Positions 8,142 to 16,934 of a stretch of DNA of 32,000 nucleotides are shown here, in pieces. The stretch lies in assembly GCA_000091165.1 (NCBI GenBank), contig FP565575.1:1680001-1712000 (forward strand). The letters are read 5' to 3'. Made by a program: the position numbers and the translations under genes. The notes beneath the pieces were generated by a model that was given only the letters and a program-made list of their open reading frames with translations, had not been told where the DNA came from and did no database searches. This DNA is from Candidatus Methylomirabilis oxygeniifera (GTDB lineage Bacteria; Methylomirabilota; Methylomirabilia; Methylomirabilales; Methylomirabilaceae). Every line of letters begins with the position of its first letter. The stretch's first letter is position 1.

Positions 8142-9008
8142 ATGCGACGAGTACGAACCATCGCCTTTGCGGCCCTTCTGGCCGGGGCTTTCATCTCTGC
8201 CGATGCCTGGGCTTTTCCACACGCCAATATCCGATCGAAGGACACCCTTGATGCGTACACCGGCAGGAATTATCAGGAGGGGACCAGCGCGGTCCTGAGT
8301 ATTAACATAGGCCACGGTTGCACCCATTCAGGGGAGTCATATACGACCCGGCTGGTCACGGCGCTCTTCCCCAACAGTTCCAACCCGAATTTGAGCGGCA
8401 TCGCCTATACCACAGACGGCACAACGAACTATGAGGGCAACGCATTGTACGGAATCAAGCCCGTGGTCGATCAGAACTGGAAACAGATCCAGCCGATTAC
8501 AGGCACTGTCCCGACCTACTACAATCACGGCGCGAAAAGCACGGACGTTCGCGCCGTTCACTGGGAGTGGGGATACATCCCGGATAATTTCGCGGGGTAT
8601 GCGAATGTCAGCGTCAGTTTCCCGAAGTTTCAACCGAATACGTGCTACAACAAGATTCAAGTCGATATACCCGTGATACAGTACTGCCAGGCGGATTCGA
8701 AACACGCAGAGGATCATATGTGGAAACGGGACAGGATGAAGGCAAAAGGCGACTTTCATAGGGTCTATGCGTGGATGAAGGAGGCTACATCCGTGTTCCC
8801 GACCGAGACGATTGTCGCCCCCGGCTATGTCGCGTCTTTGACCATTGTCAGGAACCTCACCACCAACCCCTTGCCGGCATCCTGTGGAGGAACAGGACAG
8901 ACGATCGAGCTGTATCCGACAGCAGCCGAAATCGACATGTATTTGCCGCCCCTTGATGGCGACATCTCTGCCGGCAGCGGAAGCGGTGGCGGCGATCATA
9001 TGCATTAG
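8142..9008 (+). CDS. Secreted protein, tentatively YcnI/DUF1775-like (copper-binding fold), with a Gly/Ser linker and DHMH tail
   Basis: AGGAGA lies 6 nt before ATG 8142; the tracked TTG at 8085 is unlikely. Signal peptide ...SADAWA. The stretch HANI...(30 aa)...INIGHGCTHSGESYTTRLVTALFP resembles the DUF1775 H...RVxHGCxGSxTT block. The C-terminus is GSGSGGGDHMH. Confidence 0.75.
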   Translation: MRRVRTIAFAALLAGAFISADAWAFPHANIRSKDTLDAYTGRNYQEGTSAVLSINIGHGCTHSGESYTTRLVTALFPNSSNPNLSGIAYTTDGTTNYEGNALYGIKPVVDQNWKQIQPITGTVPTYYNHGAKSTDVRAVHWEWGYIPDNFAGYANVSVSFPKFQPNTCYNKIQVDIPVIQYCQADSKHAEDHMWKRDRMKAKGDFHRVYAWMKEATSVFPTETIVAPGYVASLTIVRNLTTNPLPASCGGTGQTIELYPTAAEIDMYLPPLDGDISAGSGSGGGDHMH

Positions 9009-9095
9009 GATCTGTTACCCCACCTCTACAGCTGTAACCCTGCCGTTGGCAAGAGCTGGAGGAGTGGGAATCCGCTTGCACCATTTGATCACCTA

Positions 9096-9135
9096 TTGAC
9101 AGATATTGACACTTGAAAAATCCTCGTGGTAGAGT
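9096..9135 (+). promoter_or_regulatory. Candidate sigma70-type promoter upstream of the SmbP-like gene, with a duplicated TTGACA
   Basis: TTGACA at 9096-9101 and again at 9106-9111. TAGAGT at 9130-9135 lies 18 nt after the second hexamer. The gene starts at 9212. Confidence 0.3.
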
Positions 9136-9211
9136 TGTCGTGCTCCTCCACCATTACGGTGTCGGCAGCATCGAGGGAAGACGAACAACTTGTCATGAGG
9201 AGGAAGTCAGG

Positions 9212-9550
9212 ATGAGGCGAAGGATTGCAGCAGCAGCGTTATTCCTGGGGGTGGTGACTTTCGTAGGAACTGGTATCTCCTGGGCAGCAAAGTCGCATAT
9301 GGTTGAGGCGACCGAGCACACCCAGGCAGCCGCCGAGCACGGCAAAGCGGGGCATGCCGATGTAGCAGCGACACACGCGACGGCGGCCCTGCAACATGCC
9401 GAGGCCGCTCAGAAGGAGAAGGCCGACCCCCATAAGGAAGCGGCCATCAAGGGATTGAAGGAGGCCGTTGAGCACGGCAAGGCTGGACACGCCGATGTCG
9501 CCGGCAAGGCCGCTGCAGGGGCACTCGAACACCTCAAAGCGGTAAAGTAA
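9212..9550 (+). CDS. Small periplasmic His-rich metal-binding protein, SmbP-like
   Basis: GAGGAGGA RBS before ATG 9212; the tracked start at 9113 gives a non-signal N-terminus. Signal peptide MRRRIAAAALFLGVVTFVGTGISWA. The mature ~87 aa is all-helical Ala/His/Lys/Glu with 10 His and a duplicated block EHGKAGHADVA. It resembles Nitrosomonas SmbP (as I recall it, ...HGKEGH...EHL...). Confidence 0.8.
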   Translation: MRRRIAAAALFLGVVTFVGTGISWAAKSHMVEATEHTQAAAEHGKAGHADVAATHATAALQHAEAAQKEKADPHKEAAIKGLKEAVEHGKAGHADVAGKAAAGALEHLKAVK

Positions 9551-9575
9551 GAACGCCTCTCTACTTAACGAATGA

Positions 9576-9613
9576 AGACAATAGGCAGGAAGATTTTTTC
9601 CTGCCTATTGTCT
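9576..9613. terminator. Bidirectional intrinsic terminator between the convergent SmbP-like gene and metH
   Basis: A perfect 14-bp stem, AGACAATAGGCAGG / CCTGCCTATTGTCT, encloses a 10-nt T-rich loop and is flanked by T-runs. It sits 26 nt after the + gene stop and 33 nt after the metH stop. Confidence 0.7.
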
Positions 9614-9645
9614 TTCTTGATCCTTCAGCCTACACACCTGAATCG

Positions 9646-12600
9646 TTACGTATCCACATCATAATTCAGATTCGCTGCAAGCCACCGCTCCACCGTCCGC
9701 ACATCCATCCGCTTGCGCTGGGCATAGTCCAGCACCTGATCCCGTCCGATCTTACCAACCGCAAAATAGGTCGCCTCGCGGTGGGCAAAGTAGAGCCCGC
9801 TCACCGAGCTGGTCGGAACCATCGCGCAACTATCCGTCAGGCGAATACCGGCGTTGCGCTCCACCTGAAGAAGATCGAAGAGCGTACGTTTCTCGGAGTG
9901 ATCCGGACAGGCCGGATAGCCGGGAGCGGGACGGATCCCGCGATACCGCTCTCGGATCAGATCCTCATTGGTAAGCTGTTCTCCGACTCCATACCCCCAC
10001 TCTGCTCGAACTCGGCGATGCAGGCATTCCGCGAAGGCCTCCGCCAGGCGATCGGCTAACGCTTTGGCCAGAATAGAGGTATAGTCATCATGGGAGGCTT
10101 CATATTGCGCGCAGAGGGCATCGAGGCCATGGCCGGTTGTCACGGCAAACGCTCCGAGATAGTCCGGACGTCCGGGTAATCTGGGCGCGATAAAATCGGC
10201 CAGCGCCAGGTTACATTGCCCCTCAGCTTTAGGCAGTTGCTGGCGAAGCGTATGAAATGTTGCCAGCACCTGCGACCGCGAATCGTCGGTATAGAGTTCG
10301 ATATCGTCGTCCACGCTGTTCGCCGGGAAGAACCCATAGACCGCCCTGGCAATAAGACGCCGATCACGGACGATCTGCTCCAGCAGATGTTGGCCATCAT
10401 CGAACAGTTCCCTGGCCTTGGGCTTCTGCAAGATCTCAGGGTACCGGCCCCGCATCTCCCACGCATGAAAGAATGGGGTCCAATCGATATACGGTACAAT
10501 CTGGTCGAGTGGAAACTCGTCCAGCATGCGGATGCCGATAGAAGATGGCGTGGGAATGTCCGCCGCGCGCCAATCAAGAAGGAGTTTCCGATCGCGCGCC
10601 TGGGTAAGCGTCAGCAGCGCTCTCGGTTCGCGGTCCTCATACGCCTGCCGCACCCGCTCCTGGTCCAGTCGATTATTTTCGATGAACGCCGATCGCTGGT
10701 CCCGGCTTGAGAGATGGCCGGCAACCACTACAGCCCGCGAGGCATCCGCGACGTGGACCACCGGCTGGTCATACAGCGGGGCGATCTTGACAGCCGTGTG
10801 GGTTCGGCTGGTGGTGGCACCGCCGATGAGGAGCGGAATCTTCAGCCCTTCCCGCATCATCTCCCGCGCGACGTGCATCATTTCGTTAAGCGACGGCGTA
10901 ATCAGCCCGCTCAGTCCGATCATGTCCACCTGCTGTTCTCGGGCGGTCTTGAGGATCGTGTCGCACGGCGCCATCACCCCCAGATCGATGACCTCATAGT
11001 CATTACATCCGAGCACGACCCCGACAATATTCTTGCCAATATCGTGTACGTCTCCCTTTACGGTCGCCATCAGGACCTTCCGCTGCGTGCGCTTACGGTC
11101 GGATGTCAGGCGCTCGACTTCAATAAAGGGGAGAAGGTAGGCCACTGCCTTCTTCATAACGCGGGCGGTTTTGACTACCTGCGGCAGAAACATCTTCCCG
11201 GAGCCGAACAGCTCCCCAACGAGGTTCATGCCGGCCATTAACGGACCCTCAATGACCTGAAGCGGCCTGTCGTACCGCTGCCGCGCCTCTTCCACATCCG
11301 ACTCAATATAGTCGGTGATCCCCTTGACCAGCGCATGCGTAAGCCGTTCCTCAACCGATCCCTGTCGCCAAGCTTCATCCTTCACGACCGCTCGCTCCTG
11401 CGCTTTCATGGTCTTGGCAAACTCGACCAACCGATCGGTCGCATCGGGACGGCGGTTCAGCAGCACATCCTCAACTACTTCAAGTAAATCCTTAGTAATA
11501 TCAGCATAAACCGTTAATTGTCCGGCGTTGACAATTCCCATATCCAGACCAGCATGAACGGCATGATACAGAAATGCCGAGTGCATCGCCTCACGAACGG
11601 CATTGTTCCCGCGAAACGAGAACGACACATTACTGACACCACCACTGACCTTGCAGTACGGCAGGTTGGCTTTGATCCAACGGGTCGCCTCAATAAAATC
11701 AACCGCATAGCGGTTATGCTCCTCGAGCCCGGTCGCCACCGTCAGAATGTTCGGATCGAAGATGATGTCCTGCGGCGGCATTCCGACCGTCCCGGTCAGG
11801 ATCCGGTATGCGCGGGCGCAGATCTCGGTCTTACGCTCCAGCGTATCGGCCTGGCCACGCTCATCAAACGCCATGACCACGACCGCAGCCCCATACCGTT
11901 TGATGAGCCTGGCGCGTTGGATGAATGTCTCTTCGCCCTCTTTAAGGCTGATGGAGTTCACTACCGGCTTACCCTGGGCGCACTTCAGCCCCGCCTCGAT
12001 CACAGACCAGTCGGAGCTGTCGATCATGACGGGCACCCGAGCAATGTCGGGCTCGCAGGCAACCAGGTTCAGGAACTGGATCATCGCCGCTTTCGCGTCA
12101 AGCATGGCCTCATCCATGTTGACATCGATGATCTGGGCGCCGCCCTCGACCTGCTGCCGCGCAATGGACGCGGCCGCCTCGTACTCGCCGCTCCGAATGA
12201 GCTTGGCAAATGCCGCGGATCCGGCGATATTGGTCCGCTCCCCGATATTGACGAAACCCACCTCCGGACAAATCGTCACCGGCTCAAGGCCGCTTAATCG
12301 GGTATGCGGCTGAGGGTGAGGGGGAACGCGTGGCTGATACTCCCGCACCGCCTTCGCAATGGCTCGAATGTGATCCGGGGTGCTGCCGCAGCAGCCGCCG
12401 ACGATGTTCAGCCAGCCGCTCTTTGCAAAGTCGCCGAGGTCCGCAGCCATGATCGCCGGTGTTTCATCGAAGCCTCCGAACGCGTTGGGCAGGCCGGCGT
12501 TCGGATAGCAACTGAGAAAAACTGAAGCAATCTGAGCAAGCTCCTCAAGATACGGGCGCATCTGCTTTGCCCCGAAGGCGCAGTTGATCCCTACGCTGAA

Positions 12601-13329
12601 CAAGGGCATATGGGCGATGGAATTCCAAAAGGCTTCCACCGTTTGCCCAGACAGTGTGCGTCCGCTGCGATCCGCAATGGTTACCGAGACCATGATCGGC
12701 ACACGCCGGCCGACCTCCTCGAAATACTGATCGATGGCAAACAGCGCAGCCTTACAGTTCAGCGTATCGAAGACCGTCTCAACCAACAGCAGATCGACTC
12801 CGCCGTCCAGCAGGCCGCGCACTTGCTCGGTATAGGCAGCGACCAACCGATCGAAGGTCACGGCGCGGAAGGCAGGATTGTGGATATCGGAGGGCATCGA
12901 CGCTGTGCGATTCGTCGGACCGATCGACCCGGCCACGAAGCGCGGATGGTTCGGGTCCTTCGCCATCGTACTCTCAACGGCGCTACGCGCGGCTCGTGCA
13001 CCGGAGAGGTTCAGGTCATAAGCCAGCGATTCCAGCCGATAATCGGCCATCGAGATCGACGTGGAATTGAATGTGTTGGTCTCGATGATATCGGCCCCGG
13101 CGTCCAGATACTGGCAATGAATCGCCTCGATGATGGCCGGCTGCGTGATGGCCAGCAGATCATTGCACCCCTTGAGGTCGCAGGGGTGGTCGGCGAACTT
13201 TTGCCCACGGAAGTCTGCTTCCGTAAGGTTGTGCATTTGAATCATTGTGCCCATCGCGCCGTCAAGAATGACGATGCGATGCCGCAACATCTGTTCAAGT
13301 TCAGCGAATCGACCGAACGTGTCAGTCAT
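9646..13329 (-). CDS. metH: Cobalamin-dependent methionine synthase
   Basis: 1227 aa covering all MetH modules: Hcy-binding (N-terminal ILDGAMGT...GGCCGSTP), pterin-binding, the B12-binding DxHxxG motif (GDVHDIGKN), and the C-terminal AdoMet activation domain. Confidence 0.98.
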   Translation of the reverse strand: MTDTFGRFAELEQMLRHRIVILDGAMGTMIQMHNLTEADFRGQKFADHPCDLKGCNDLLAITQPAIIEAIHCQYLDAGADIIETNTFNSTSISMADYRLESLAYDLNLSGARAARSAVESTMAKDPNHPRFVAGSIGPTNRTASMPSDIHNPAFRAVTFDRLVAAYTEQVRGLLDGGVDLLLVETVFDTLNCKAALFAIDQYFEEVGRRVPIMVSVTIADRSGRTLSGQTVEAFWNSIAHMPLFSVGINCAFGAKQMRPYLEELAQIASVFLSCYPNAGLPNAFGGFDETPAIMAADLGDFAKSGWLNIVGGCCGSTPDHIRAIAKAVREYQPRVPPHPQPHTRLSGLEPVTICPEVGFVNIGERTNIAGSAAFAKLIRSGEYEAAASIARQQVEGGAQIIDVNMDEAMLDAKAAMIQFLNLVACEPDIARVPVMIDSSDWSVIEAGLKCAQGKPVVNSISLKEGEETFIQRARLIKRYGAAVVVMAFDERGQADTLERKTEICARAYRILTGTVGMPPQDIIFDPNILTVATGLEEHNRYAVDFIEATRWIKANLPYCKVSGGVSNVSFSFRGNNAVREAMHSAFLYHAVHAGLDMGIVNAGQLTVYADITKDLLEVVEDVLLNRRPDATDRLVEFAKTMKAQERAVVKDEAWRQGSVEERLTHALVKGITDYIESDVEEARQRYDRPLQVIEGPLMAGMNLVGELFGSGKMFLPQVVKTARVMKKAVAYLLPFIEVERLTSDRKRTQRKVLMATVKGDVHDIGKNIVGVVLGCNDYEVIDLGVMAPCDTILKTAREQQVDMIGLSGLITPSLNEMMHVAREMMREGLKIPLLIGGATTSRTHTAVKIAPLYDQPVVHVADASRAVVVAGHLSSRDQRSAFIENNRLDQERVRQAYEDREPRALLTLTQARDRKLLLDWRAADIPTPSSIGIRMLDEFPLDQIVPYIDWTPFFHAWEMRGRYPEILQKPKARELFDDGQHLLEQIVRDRRLIARAVYGFFPANSVDDDIELYTDDSRSQVLATFHTLRQQLPKAEGQCNLALADFIAPRLPGRPDYLGAFAVTTGHGLDALCAQYEASHDDYTSILAKALADRLAEAFAECLHRRVRAEWGYGVGEQLTNEDLIRERYRGIRPAPGYPACPDHSEKRTLFDLLQVERNAGIRLTDSCAMVPTSSVSGLYFAHREATYFAVGKIGRDQVLDYAQRKRMDVRTVERWLAANLNYDVDT

Positions 13330-13352
13330 CTCTATCCCGCACCTGCGAATTC

Positions 13353-13417
13353 GTCATTCCGGGCTTGACCCGGAATCCAGTCTTTCTGCGCTGGATTCCC
13401 GCCTGCGCGGGAATGAC
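13353..13417. repeat. REP/BIME-like pair of inverted hairpin units in the metH 5' leader
   Basis: Unit 1 is GTCATTCCGGGcttgaCCCGGAATCCA (13353-13379). Unit 2 is TGGATTCCCGCctgcGCGGGAATGAC (13392-13417), the inverted copy. They share GTCATTCC...GGAATCCA ends and have compensatory inner stems. Confidence 0.6.
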
Positions 13418-13786
13418 ATGGTGTCACTTTACTATTACACTCCTTCGTAACACCCGCTCAACCCCCTGAGACACATCCCACCCACAACGGCCCCCTGCCC
13501 ATACGGCCGGCTGTGCTCACTATACTGGATTCTCCAAGCCCTCGCAAGATAAGCTCTTAGACGCCGACCAAGCGGTCGGTCCGACCATCGCATGTTTCCA
13601 GCACCCGTATGCAACGTGCAGGCGACGACAAGCTAATGAACACAGTCTGGTCGATCGGTATTTTCTATTTGCCTCATCGGGCATAATCGATTAGTGTTTA
13701 GGCGCTTCGAGGTGCATGGGTCGATCGCCAGTATTACCGACCGACCCATCACCCACCAGTCCTACGAATAATCTGGAGGAGTTGTC

Positions 13787-15298
13787 ATGAACATGACCCG
13801 ATTCGTTATCGCGTGCGTTGCCGTGATCCTCTTGAGTCTCCACACCTCGGCGTGGGCCGACAAACTCATAGAGCTTGAGCAGACCTTCCAGGCGCAGCAG
13901 CAGTCGTTGCAGCAGTTGCAGCAGGAGATGCACCGACTGCGGCAAGAGCGGTTCGCACAACAGGACGAGGTAACCAGGCGTGTGATGGAGGTAGAGCAGA
14001 AGGCCGCCGAGGTCGCGGCATCGTCTATGCTCACCGGGTATGAGCCGGTACCAGGGAAGGGATTCTTCATGAGGTCGGCCGATGGCCAATTTGAACTGAG
14101 GGTGCGCGGGTTCATCCAGACTTGGATGCAAGTTGAAGGGGCGCGAAACGAAGAAGATTTCCCGGGTGTCGTCGACGGTCAGGATCTCACGAAGGCGGGA
14201 CTGGCGCGGCACGACCCGAGCACATTCCGACTCCGCCGCACCCGAATCATCATAAGCGGCCAGATCTATAAGGACTTCGGCTTTCTTATCGAGCCTGAGT
14301 TTACCGGTTCTACGCGGCTCGAGGAGACTTGGCTCAATTACACCTACGCCCCCTGGGCGAAGGTGACCGTGGGACAGTACAAGGCCCGATTCGGTCTTGA
14401 GATGCTCACCTCCTCTCGGGACCTGGACTTTGCTGAGCGGGCAGTCATCTCCAAGGCGCTTTCCCCGGAATATCAGATCGGCGCCACCGTCGAGGGCAAT
14501 CTGAAGCTCGCTACCCTGCCGGTCTACTACGGAGTAGGAATCTATAACGGCTGCGGCCGGGTCGATCAGTGTTCCGGCGGCATCGATAACGACGGCGATA
14601 AAGAGTTCACCGGTCGAGTGACCTTTTCGCCTCCGATGCCCTTCGGCAATCTCACTATCGGCCTGAATGCCGATCACCGTACCTTTCGAGTCGTGAGGGG
14701 GAAAGGCGCGGCCGATCCGGGCGGCGCTACGACACCGGTCGGTAGCGGCTCCCCGTTCCACCGCTTCAACCCGGTTGGTCCGACCGGCGTCAAGCTGGCC
14801 GGCAACGGCGAAGGCGGAACGCAGAACGGCTTCCTGATCAACGGCAACCGCGTGACCGGAGGCGGCGACATCGTCTTCGACATCTATCCGTTTATCATTA
14901 AAGGTGAGTACACCTACGCCTCCCAGGAGCGTGACGGATTAGGCGCCGGCAGCACGAATCTCGACAATCTCATCATGCAGGGTGGGTACGGATCGATCGG
15001 CTATTGGCTCTTCGGTAACAAGCTCAAGGGCCTTCAGGCCATCGGCCGCTATGAGCATGTGCGAATCGACGACAACAAGGGCAAATTTACTGCGCCGGTC
15101 ACAGTCGCCAATGAACGACCGATGGAGCTTCGTTCCGGCACCTTCGGTCTGAACTGGTTTATCAATTCCAACGTCCGTCTGCGGGGCAACTACATTCTCA
15201 CCGACCTCAGACCAGGCCGAAATGCCGTCGGGATGAGCAATAGCACGCACGGCGAAATTGCCCACCAAGGGATCGCTGAATTCCAAGTCCAGTTCTAA
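13787..15298 (+). CDS. Outer-membrane porin, OprO/OprP (Porin_O_P) family, with an N-terminal coiled coil
   Basis: GGAGGA RBS, signal peptide ...TSAWA, and a Gln/Leu heptad stretch (LEQTFQAQQQSLQQLQQEMHRLRQE). The family motif FRLRRTRIIISG is present, with beta-strand alternation and a terminal aromatic ...AEFQVQF. Confidence 0.85.
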   Translation: MNMTRFVIACVAVILLSLHTSAWADKLIELEQTFQAQQQSLQQLQQEMHRLRQERFAQQDEVTRRVMEVEQKAAEVAASSMLTGYEPVPGKGFFMRSADGQFELRVRGFIQTWMQVEGARNEEDFPGVVDGQDLTKAGLARHDPSTFRLRRTRIIISGQIYKDFGFLIEPEFTGSTRLEETWLNYTYAPWAKVTVGQYKARFGLEMLTSSRDLDFAERAVISKALSPEYQIGATVEGNLKLATLPVYYGVGIYNGCGRVDQCSGGIDNDGDKEFTGRVTFSPPMPFGNLTIGLNADHRTFRVVRGKGAADPGGATTPVGSGSPFHRFNPVGPTGVKLAGNGEGGTQNGFLINGNRVTGGGDIVFDIYPFIIKGEYTYASQERDGLGAGSTNLDNLIMQGGYGSIGYWLFGNKLKGLQAIGRYEHVRIDDNKGKFTAPVTVANERPMELRSGTFGLNWFINSNVRLRGNYILTDLRPGRNAVGMSNSTHGEIAHQGIAEFQVQF

Positions 15299-15415
15299 TC
15301 GGCAGCTATACATGGCAGGCTTCAGATGAAGCTCACCATGGTGTGTAAGCGGGGTCTCTCGCTTCTCCTGCGAACCATGCATCTGGTGGGCTTCGGCATC
15401 CTGCAGGGAGGGCAT

Positions 15416-15535
15416 TTGGGCGCGCTCGACGCCGACCTTCCTCGTTCCACCAAAACCCTGCTGGAGGAATTCGGTCACGAAGCCATAGACGTTCGAGACA
15501 TCGGACTGAAGAGCGCCAAAGACCGGGTCATCTGA
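15416..15535 (+). pseudogene. Truncated remnant of a DUF5615 (PIN/Mut7-C-like, toxin-type) gene
   Basis: (L)GALDADLPRSTKTLLEEFGHEAIDVRDIGLKSAKDRVI* matches the first ~38 residues of DUF5615 proteins (LDENLPxxLaxxLrxxGHdavhVrdlGLxxAsDxxI), then hits a stop. The upstream part of tracked ORF 15326.. shows no similarity. Confidence 0.4.
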
Positions 15536-15810
15536 ACCTGGAACTTTTCAAGGGCACTAAACTGACGTGCGATCTTCAAACCCCTGACCGGCTACCCTAG
15601 CCTTGGCTGTCTAACCGGAAGGGTACAATCCAGTTGCTCGCAGATTTCGACACAGGTGCTTTAAGTAATCATCACCTTGCCTCTGCGCTTAGTTATTTTT
15701 CGGTAATACACCTTCGCGACCATGCCGTCGCGCATGGCGATTCTACTCACCAACCGCTGCCCTAAAGAGAAAAAGGGGGCAGATCTATTGTTGTTCCCGA
15801 AGTCGGAACG

Positions 15811-16827
15811 CTAGGCTGCAAACTCGACTCCGCTGTTTCGCACCAACTGGTCGTCTGCCAGTGCCCACGTAGGCACGGCGAAGTTCGCAATTAGCGGTTG
15901 TCCGGAGAAGTGAATGCCCACCACTTTACCTGTTTCCACGTCAATCACCGCCGAACCGGAGTTTCCACCCAGTGTCGTGCAGTCATGTGCCAGTGCCTGG
16001 ACCGATCGCCCGAACGACTCCGCCTGTTGCACCCCCTTCAATCGCCCCGGTTGCAGACGCTTTTTGTCGAATACCCCCCGGAAGATCTGGATCTGCTGGA
16101 CAAGGTCCTCAGATGGGTCAAACGCTGGGTAGCCGATCACTGCCGCCATGCGATCCTCGATGCCCGCTGGTGCGGACGCGACCAGTGGCAACGGTGCCAC
16201 ATTTCCCGGCAGCGGCCCTATCTCCAACACCGCCATGTCCCACTCTTCTAGGATCAGCACCGGCGCAGTCACTTGGACTGCAACCGGCGCAGTCGAACCA
16301 ACTTCCTGCTTTAGATCCAGAGACGGAGTGATGCCAGGCGTAAACGACAACTGCACGCCGCTCCCCAAGCCCTGGGTGAAGAGTTGCGCCACGTGACGAT
16401 TCGTGATCAGGCGCCGCTCTCCACATACGAACGCTGTCCCTGCGTACGTTAGCTTCGGATGACCGGTCAGGTCCAGCCGTCCGATGCCCCGGATAAGGGG
16501 ATCTATCATCGCCCGTCGGTCATTGAGGTCCTGCCACAGCGAAGGAAGCACGCCAAAGGAGTCCCCCTGAATGTCAAACGCCGGCCGCAATCCGTTGCCT
16601 AGGATGATGCTTTCCAAATGGACTAGGTCCCGCTGGTCCAAGGACTCATCCCGCGCGAACCGCCGCCAGGAGTCGATCGCTTCCGGCGTTACTGTCGGGG
16701 GGCGGATCCCAGCCGACTCTAGCCTGAAAGCGGAGGCCGCCACCTCTTCCAGGTGTTCCGTCTTTACTCCGTCGCTATGTTGGATTTCCCGCAATCGGCG
16801 CAGCAGTAGTTGTTCGCGTTTAGTCAT
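15811..16827 (-). CDS. Cytoplasmic trypsin-like (S1/Trypsin_2) serine protease with an uncharacterised ~130-aa N-terminal domain
   Basis: Catalytic triad contexts are ITNRHVA (His), WDMAVLEI (Asp) and GGNSGSAV (Ser). There is no signal peptide. GGGAG lies 11 nt before ATG 16827; the tracked ORF extends to a TTG at 16893 with no RBS. Confidence 0.85.
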   Translation of the reverse strand: MTKREQLLLRRLREIQHSDGVKTEHLEEVAASAFRLESAGIRPPTVTPEAIDSWRRFARDESLDQRDLVHLESIILGNGLRPAFDIQGDSFGVLPSLWQDLNDRRAMIDPLIRGIGRLDLTGHPKLTYAGTAFVCGERRLITNRHVAQLFTQGLGSGVQLSFTPGITPSLDLKQEVGSTAPVAVQVTAPVLILEEWDMAVLEIGPLPGNVAPLPLVASAPAGIEDRMAAVIGYPAFDPSEDLVQQIQIFRGVFDKKRLQPGRLKGVQQAESFGRSVQALAHDCTTLGGNSGSAVIDVETGKVVGIHFSGQPLIANFAVPTWALADDQLVRNSGVEFAA

Positions 16828-16934
16828 TTTTTGATTGACTCCCTGTGCTCTACGACTATTATTTGTCATATTTAATTGTTTTTCGCAAATCAAAAAGAGC
16901 TATCTTTCTGAAATCGAATCAAGGAAGGGACTCT

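Noticed and set aside
11518-13368. Plus-strand ORFs of 259, 188 and 252 aa (11518..12297, 11747..12313 and 12610..13368)
   Set aside because: All three are antisense to metH, which is full length with every domain intact. The products are Arg/Gly/Asp-rich nonsense.
13500-13560. A SAM-riboswitch-like string (minus strand CTTATCTTGCGAGGGCTTGGAGAATCC) upstream of metH
   Set aside because: Only the first CTTATC..G resembles the SAM-I P1/P2 start. The conserved GAGGGA...GGCCC...GCAACC core is missing, so it is not supportable by eye.
13691-14761. A 356-aa minus-strand ORF
   Set aside because: It is antisense to the porin gene, which has an RBS, a signal peptide and a terminal-Phe OMP signature.
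16828-16934. N-terminal extensions of both divergent genes (protease to TTG 16893; secreted protein to 16845)
   Set aside because: The extended starts overlap each other and lack an RBS. The internal ATGs at 16827 and 16935 have GGGAG and AGGAAGGGA Shine-Dalgarno sequences, and 16935 yields a proper signal peptide.
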